Source: Octopus sinensis
Taxonomy: Eukaryota
Assembly (NCBI RefSeq): GCF_006345805.1
Contig: NW_021836396.1
Coordinates: forward strand, 1-25,621
DNA length: 25,621 nt
Reading direction: 5' to 3'
Both the position numbers and the translations under genes were made by a program. This document shows, piece by piece, positions 20,525 through 25,621 of this stretch; within the stretch, counting starts at the first letter, position 1; the number at the start of each line of letters is the position of its first letter. The notes below the pieces were generated by a model. The model saw only the letters and a program-made list of their open reading frames with translations, was not told the origin of the DNA and searched no databases.

Positions 20525-21261
20525 AGAGCAATATTTTTTTATCTTTTCAGTCGATGTTAACAATGTTGTACCAAGCCTAGTTTCGACGACATACAACACT
20601 AACGAAGAAATCGTTTAATTTTTACTCGACCTGTTAAAACTAACAATCAAATCTCTTTCAAATGATCACTAAAATAGTCTTACAAAGAGACTCACATACT
20701 TGGTAAAGTAAACTAAAAATGAAGCTGATATGGTCATGGATGGAATGGCAGCTGAACGACAAACATCACACATACACCCAAACATGAACAACAACCACAT
20801 AACGTGGACTTTCCTTTCATAAAACCATCCAGATGGAAATGGTAGAACCATTGTTTGAAATATTCGTTCACAGAATTATATACAGTTTTGAGAGGCAGGC
20901 ATGGCGCTGTGCTCTCGGTCCGAGAGGAAGTCTCTTCCTAGTCATGGTGTATAAGAAACCACAATACATGAAGCGAGAAGAAAATTCCTCAACATTGAGA
21001 TTCAATGAAAACACCGAAAATGCTCTTCTCTGTTTTTGTTTTTTCTTTCTTTTCTTTTTGTCTTTATTTATTTATTTTGTAAATTTCCTCGGAAATGCTT
21101 TTGAGAATTCCACATCACAGAAGCATTTGGCTTGTCTTGATAAAATCAAACTACAAGATGAAATAAAATGGAACAGAATGTTAACAGAGGCTGCTACTAT
21201 CGACAGAAACAAAATAAAGAGAAAACATACTTATTTCTTTACTAACGAGTTATAATAAAAA

Positions 21262-21464
21262 TAATGAAATTATTGTATACAGTGCTCAGGTGCACCACAA
21301 CTTGTCAAAAGTGCATATAAAGCATATGCAGTAATGTACAAATGTCTGGAAAGTGAACAGTGTACGAGTCAGATACATGCTTGTGTGTGTATGGAGGGGA
21401 GAAAATCAGGTGTAGTGTTGGCGAATCTCAGGAAGCATGGAAGTTTTGAAGGATGCAGTGCTCC
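21262..21464 (-). mobile_element. 3' end of a CR1/L2-type LINE related to 3870-4935
   Basis: TTATTGTATACAG.GCTCAGGTGCA..ACAACTT.TCA and GTTGGCGAAT.TC.GGAAGCATGGA.GTTTTGAAG.ATG.AGTG are shared with 3877-4065. Confidence 0.8.
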
Positions 21465-22448
21465 TTGTATGCAGTTGTAACACCAAAACGGATAGTTGTG
21501 GATTAATGAATTCAGAACTCGACGATATTTGAAGAGCGGAGAGTATATCGTAATTATCTCCCTGTTTAGTTATAAAGAGTTATTTCCCTTACACGCGAAA
21601 CGCCGTATCAAGAAAGATAATCCTTTAGCTTCAATTATGGAGGAGTTAGTTTTCTTGGCTGTCAACACGGAAACGATGGTGAAGCTTATTATTTTACGCA
21701 ACTCCACGAAATTGTTATTATTTTAAGAATTAGGGAACACATAGACAGTGTACTTCATTGGAAATATGATTATGAAAAGTCTTAAAGATAAGTTTTGTTG
21801 TTGTTGCTATTGTTGTCGATATCGTTGTCATTTGTGAATGAGTTACCATTTCTATTACCTCTCTTCAACTTTCTCTCAACAATGACCTTCTGGTAGAATA
21901 TATAATATTGTTTAATAATCAAATTACTAATAATCAAAAACTTCATTGTAGTCAAATCACTAAACTATTACCCCTGTGCAGCACATATAACATGTAAAGA
22001 AAAATATCGATTAATCTATGATATTACTTATCTATCACTGTACGAAAATAACAAACTAAAATAATGAAAGCTATTTATAAGATAAGCCATTTTACAATTA
22101 ATAAACACTGAACCATATTTTTAACAGTTCAGCTACCGGAAAGAGAAATTTCTCCATGGCTCTTGTAGGGCCTTATGAATTAAAAAATGATTTTAATATA
22201 TGCATAAAAGATGATTTAATATATGCATATCGGCACCTGCTAGAAGAAAACCATGGACGGGTCGCGGTGAACTCAAGACTTGCGTTCAGAAGTGGAAGGA
22301 ATGAGCATGATTGTTAGAATGGGTCCTTATGGAATGAGGAACGATATGGGAAGACGAGAGGAGAAGAGACAGGTGTGACGAATAGGCTTGGGTGGAATGG
22401 TACGTAATTAACTAGTTTCGAGGAACCAAGGCAGCTGTAGTATTGGAG

Positions 22449-22570
22449 GAGGTCGACTTTGCCTTTAATCCTTTCGAGGTGGATGAAATAAATTACAGTT
22501 GAGTTCTGGGGTCAATATAATCGACTTACCTTCTTCCCAACCTTGCTGGCCAAGTGCCAAAATTTGAAAC
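22449..22570 (+). mobile_element. 5'-truncated SINE family B
   Basis: GAGGTCGACTTTGCCTTT.ATCCTTTCGAGG..GGGGTCAATATAATCGACTT..GCTGGCC.AGTGCCAAAATTTGAAA. Confidence 0.75.
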
Positions 22571-22740
22571 AAATATATACATCTAACGCGTTTTATCGGA
22601 TTACTGAACGTATAATCAGAGATTAACTTAAAATAGATGGACATGAACCAAGTCAACACTTCTGAATCCACCAAATGTAAATACATAGACTGGATAATTT
22701 GGGGTCCAAGTAACTTCAACAACATATCTGAATGACCTAA

Positions 22741-23084
22741 AAAAGTAAAGACCCCCTTCATTGATGAATGACCATGGGATCGTACCTAGAAAATTACCCT
22801 CTGAGGCACAAGTCCGGGTAAAGTTGTTTATGAAAGACCAGTGGTCATTCATACATATCAGTCTCCCCTCTTCATGGCACTGATGTTGTCCAAGGGAAAG
22901 GCAAAGGGGCCGATACAGCTTGGCACCATTGACATCGCAACTCATTCCTACAGATGAGTGAACTGGAGCCAAGTGAAATAAGAGTCTTGCTTAAGAACAC
23001 AACACACAGCTCGGTTTGGGAATCGAACTTACTACCTCATGTTTGCGAGCCCGACGCCCTAACCACTGATCCATGCGCCTTCAC
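22741..23084 (-). mobile_element. tRNA-derived SINE family D, near full length
   Basis: Head GTGAAGGCGCATGGATCAGTGGTTAGGG, B box AGTTCGATTCCC and the shared central block at 22950-22996, followed by a distinct 3' half ending CATGGTCATTCATCAATGAAGGGGGTCTTTAC. Confidence 0.85.
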
Positions 23085-23226
23085 ATCACGTACATGGAAT
23101 CACGAACATGCTGAGAAAATACTTTGAGCAGAGTTAGATTAAGCTAAAATTGGTGACCTCGCAATGTTCTCTTTGACTTCGGCTAAACATTCGCTTTCAG
23201 GTGAATCACATTGAAATAGAGAAGCT

Positions 23227-23237
23227 GAGAGAGAGAG

Positions 23238-23295
<58 letters not shown>

Positions 23296-23300
23296 GGGGG
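23227..23300. repeat. (GA)n microsatellite
   Basis: Visible directly in the sequence. Confidence 0.95.
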
Positions 23301-24028
23301 GTCGGTTAGAAGAGTAAGAGATCTTATCTTATCACTCGAACTGCAAGAAATAGTTGTAAATGTACCTCGAATCACACACCCTCCCACTGTGTTAAAAAAG
23401 GATACATTAGATTAATGTAGTCTTAGATACACTAAGTCAGGAAAACATACAAGGTAGTTATAGCTGGCAGGTTTCATCATAGGTTTGCTCTATCAAAAGT
23501 CTTTCCTGTTAGTTCCTTCCTTTCCTTATTTCTCTCCCTCTTCTCCTTTTCACTCCCCCCTCTCATCCCACCCCCTCTCCATTTAACCTCACTGTGGTCC
23601 ACATTATTCTTCTGTATCCAGTCGTTCATTCCACTTCTCAGTTTTCATTCTGCTCGAGACCTGCCGAATGAACAGACATCGTGCATTTTATGTCTTTCTC
23701 TTGCCTCTCAGTTCCTTCTTTTTCCATTCTATTTCCTTCTCCTTGATAAATTATAATATGAGTAACGCCAGATTCTTTGTTGTTTTTTCTGTTGTATACT
23801 TCTTTGTTTGCAGTTTTTTTCACTTTATATTTTTACGCTTTTCAGGCACGTGCTTTCTCAACTCTGACATCGTGTATTATTTCTATATTTCTTTGTTTCT
23901 TCTTTGTCTCAAATTTTACTCGTATTTTTTTGTGTGATTTTTACTTATATTCTTGCTTATTTGAGCTAACTTGTGGAGATAAGTGAATCTAATGTAAGGA
24001 AGAGAGATCGATGTACAGATATAGGAAA

Positions 24029-24260
24029 GGGAGACTTTTGTAGAGAGAGAAGTTTCTACAGAGTGAGACTGAGATAGAGAGGAGGGACGTATTGTTAAGA
24101 TTGATTGTAGAAAGTTGAGGCTTTTGTAGAGAGGAGAATTTTACTGTGGAGGGGGAGACTGGTACAGAAAGGAGGGATTAATGTAGGGAGAGAGGACTGT
24201 TATAGAGGGGGTAGACAAGTTGTCGAATGGGAGACTAGTGTAGAGGGAAAACTGTGTAGC
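24029..24260 (+). repeat. Degenerate purine-rich minisatellite (~17-20 bp, GAGACT..TGTAGAG.GG)
   Basis: Recurring GAGACT/GGACT and TGTAGAG/TGTGGAG/TATAGAG words at roughly regular spacing. Confidence 0.55.
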
Positions 24261-24424
24261 AAATATTTCATATTATTCATGACGTGCTAACGACACGAAC
24301 GTAAATCCACTGATTAACAGTTAATAGCCGAGCCGACGTCCTCAATATACCTGACCAGTTTGGTTCGCTGTTTCATTCATCAACTCAATAGTTGAGTTGA
24401 GTCATTACGGGTTGTATCAATCAG

Positions 24425-24458
24425 CTTGTTCACCATCTTGTTCACCATCTTGTTCACC
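24425..24458 (+). repeat. 12-bp tandem repeat CTTGTTCACCAT, about 2.8 copies
   Basis: Visible directly in the sequence. Confidence 0.9.
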
Positions 24459-24518
24459 TGTTCAAATTGGTGCCAAAACGAACATATGTCGCCATCTTTG
24501 ACCAGCTGATGCTATATT

Positions 24519-24740
24519 GATTTCAAATTTTAGCACAAGGCCAGCAATTTCAGGGTGGGGTATAGGTAAATCGATTATATCGACATCCAGTGTTCAACTG
24601 GTACTTATTCTATCGACTCCGGAAGGATGAACGGCAAAGTCGACCTCGGAGAATTTGAACTCAGAACGTAAAGACGGACGAAATGTTTGCTAAGCACTTT
24701 TCCCGGCGTGCTAACGATTCTGTCAGCTCTGCCTTAAAGG
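24519..24740 (-). mobile_element. Monomeric SINE family B with perfect 12-bp TSD
   Basis: Family B body; TGATGCTATATT occurs at 24507-24518 and 24741-24752. Confidence 0.9.
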
Positions 24741-25257
24741 TGATGCTATATTACCGGACGTCTCTGGTCGCCGACAGAAAGCTATCGCAAATAACTTACC
24801 AACTGGCATTGTCGGTCTTGGTTGTTTGACGGATAGATCGTCCCTGAGTGTCAGGACCAGTGGACGCAACCTACAAATAAAAGTACCAGGTCACTCTGTA
24901 CCGATCGACAGAGCGAACCTAGGGGTAGTCTCAGTGCTTCTGGCAGTCATGATGGTAGACTCAGTCATAATAGGCGTAACACAAATGGATAGCAGAGCAA
25001 ACTATATGGAATAGCTTACACATCAGATCTAGAGTCAAATATCAAACAGCAGTGATATATAGTAGTCCCGCTAGACGGACAGCGGCCAGCTATGAAATAA
25101 CTAACCCAGGTATCGCTCCACAAAATAGTGACACGATCAACGACCATATCATCTGCCAACAGAGCCACTACTGAGCTCACGTAATAACTAACGTGAGATC
25201 ACGTGAATGCCTTTTGTCAAGCTTCTACCGTTTGTGCCGATCTTTTGTTTGTAGTAT

Positions 25258-25461
25258 ATATGTTACATTACTCGATAGTCAAGATAAAACTATTTGAAAA
25301 CCTTTCAAATAGCCAGATAACCGAAGAGATGTCGTGGATTCCTACTTCGGCATCTGAAACTCAGATTTCAAATAGCCAGATAACCGAAGAGATGTCGTGG
25401 ATTCCCACTTCGGCATCTGAAACTCAGAGTTTTATCTTGACTATCGAGTAATGTAACATAT
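25258..25461. repeat. Perfect 34-bp inverted repeat enclosing a fold-back hairpin and a 63-bp tandem duplication; probable Penelope-like inverted terminus
   Basis: 25258-25291 is the exact reverse complement of 25428-25461. CTATTTGAAA-acc-TTTCAAATAG forms a hairpin (25290-25312). 25303-25365 and 25366-25428 are 62/63 identical. Confidence 0.9.
25378..25437 (+). ncRNA. Candidate type-I hammerhead ribozyme, family 3
   Basis: AGAUAA-CCGAAGA-GAUGUCG(13 nt)CGGCAUC-U-GAA-ACUC(A)GAGU-U-UUAUCU: 6-bp stem I, 7-bp stem II, palindromic stem III, GUU triplet. Deviations are U4C and one extra U. Confidence 0.65.
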
Positions 25462-25469
25462 TATTGTTA

Positions 25470-25487
25470 TATATAGATAATATATAT

Positions 25488-25554
<67 letters not shown>

Positions 25555-25621
25555 ATATATATATTATACATATATATAAATGTATATATATATATATATA
25601 TGTATGTATATATATGCTTAT
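25470..25621. repeat. (TA)n microsatellite
   Basis: Visible directly in the sequence. Confidence 0.95.

Noticed and set aside
21575-21610. AGTTATTTCCCTTAC resembling a Helitron-like 3' subterminal motif
   Set aside because: No terminal hairpin or CTAG end follows, and the match is too short.
22187-22229. ~20-bp tandem duplication ATGATTT(T)AATATATGCATA
   Set aside because: An ordinary slippage duplication in AT-rich DNA.
25303-25428. 63-bp repeat read as a CRISPR array or as a 21-aa protein repeat
   Set aside because: There are only two adjacent units, no spacers and the context is eukaryotic. The ribozyme fold and the inverted repeat explain it better than the short unrecognisable ORF.
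86-25621. Dozens of YI/CV/HT-repeat ORFs in the track
   Set aside because: They are translations of (TA)n, (GT)n, (CA)n and (TACA)n microsatellites.

Overview
Repeat-saturated, AT-rich animal genomic DNA. From my recollection of the repeat families it is most likely an octopus (coleoid cephalopod) intron or intergenic region; that is an inference, not a database result. I found no recognisable host protein-coding exon. Nearly all ORFs in the supplied track are artefacts of (TA)n, (CA)n, (TACA)n or (CT)n repeats. The window holds about 17 full or partial tRNA-derived SINE copies from several modular families, two CR1/L2-type LINE pieces (one with RT motifs) and the C-terminus of an RLE-type non-LTR retrotransposon. 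It also holds mariner, Tigger, hAT and Helitron-like DNA-transposon relics and a ~1.2 kb pyrimidine minisatellite that sits inside a SINE. The most interesting signal is a set of minimal type-I hammerhead-ribozyme-like motifs from three unrelated sequence families (3714-3811, 13862-13897 with 20039-20073, and 25378-25437). All have palindromic stem III and non-canonical cores, as expected for Penelope-like-element terminal repeats. The last lies in a 63-bp tandem duplication interrupting a perfect 42-bp palindrome arm, and the palindrome junction falls within about 2 nt of the predicted cleavage site. All alignments and folds were done by eye; family names are tentative and no activity is demonstrated.
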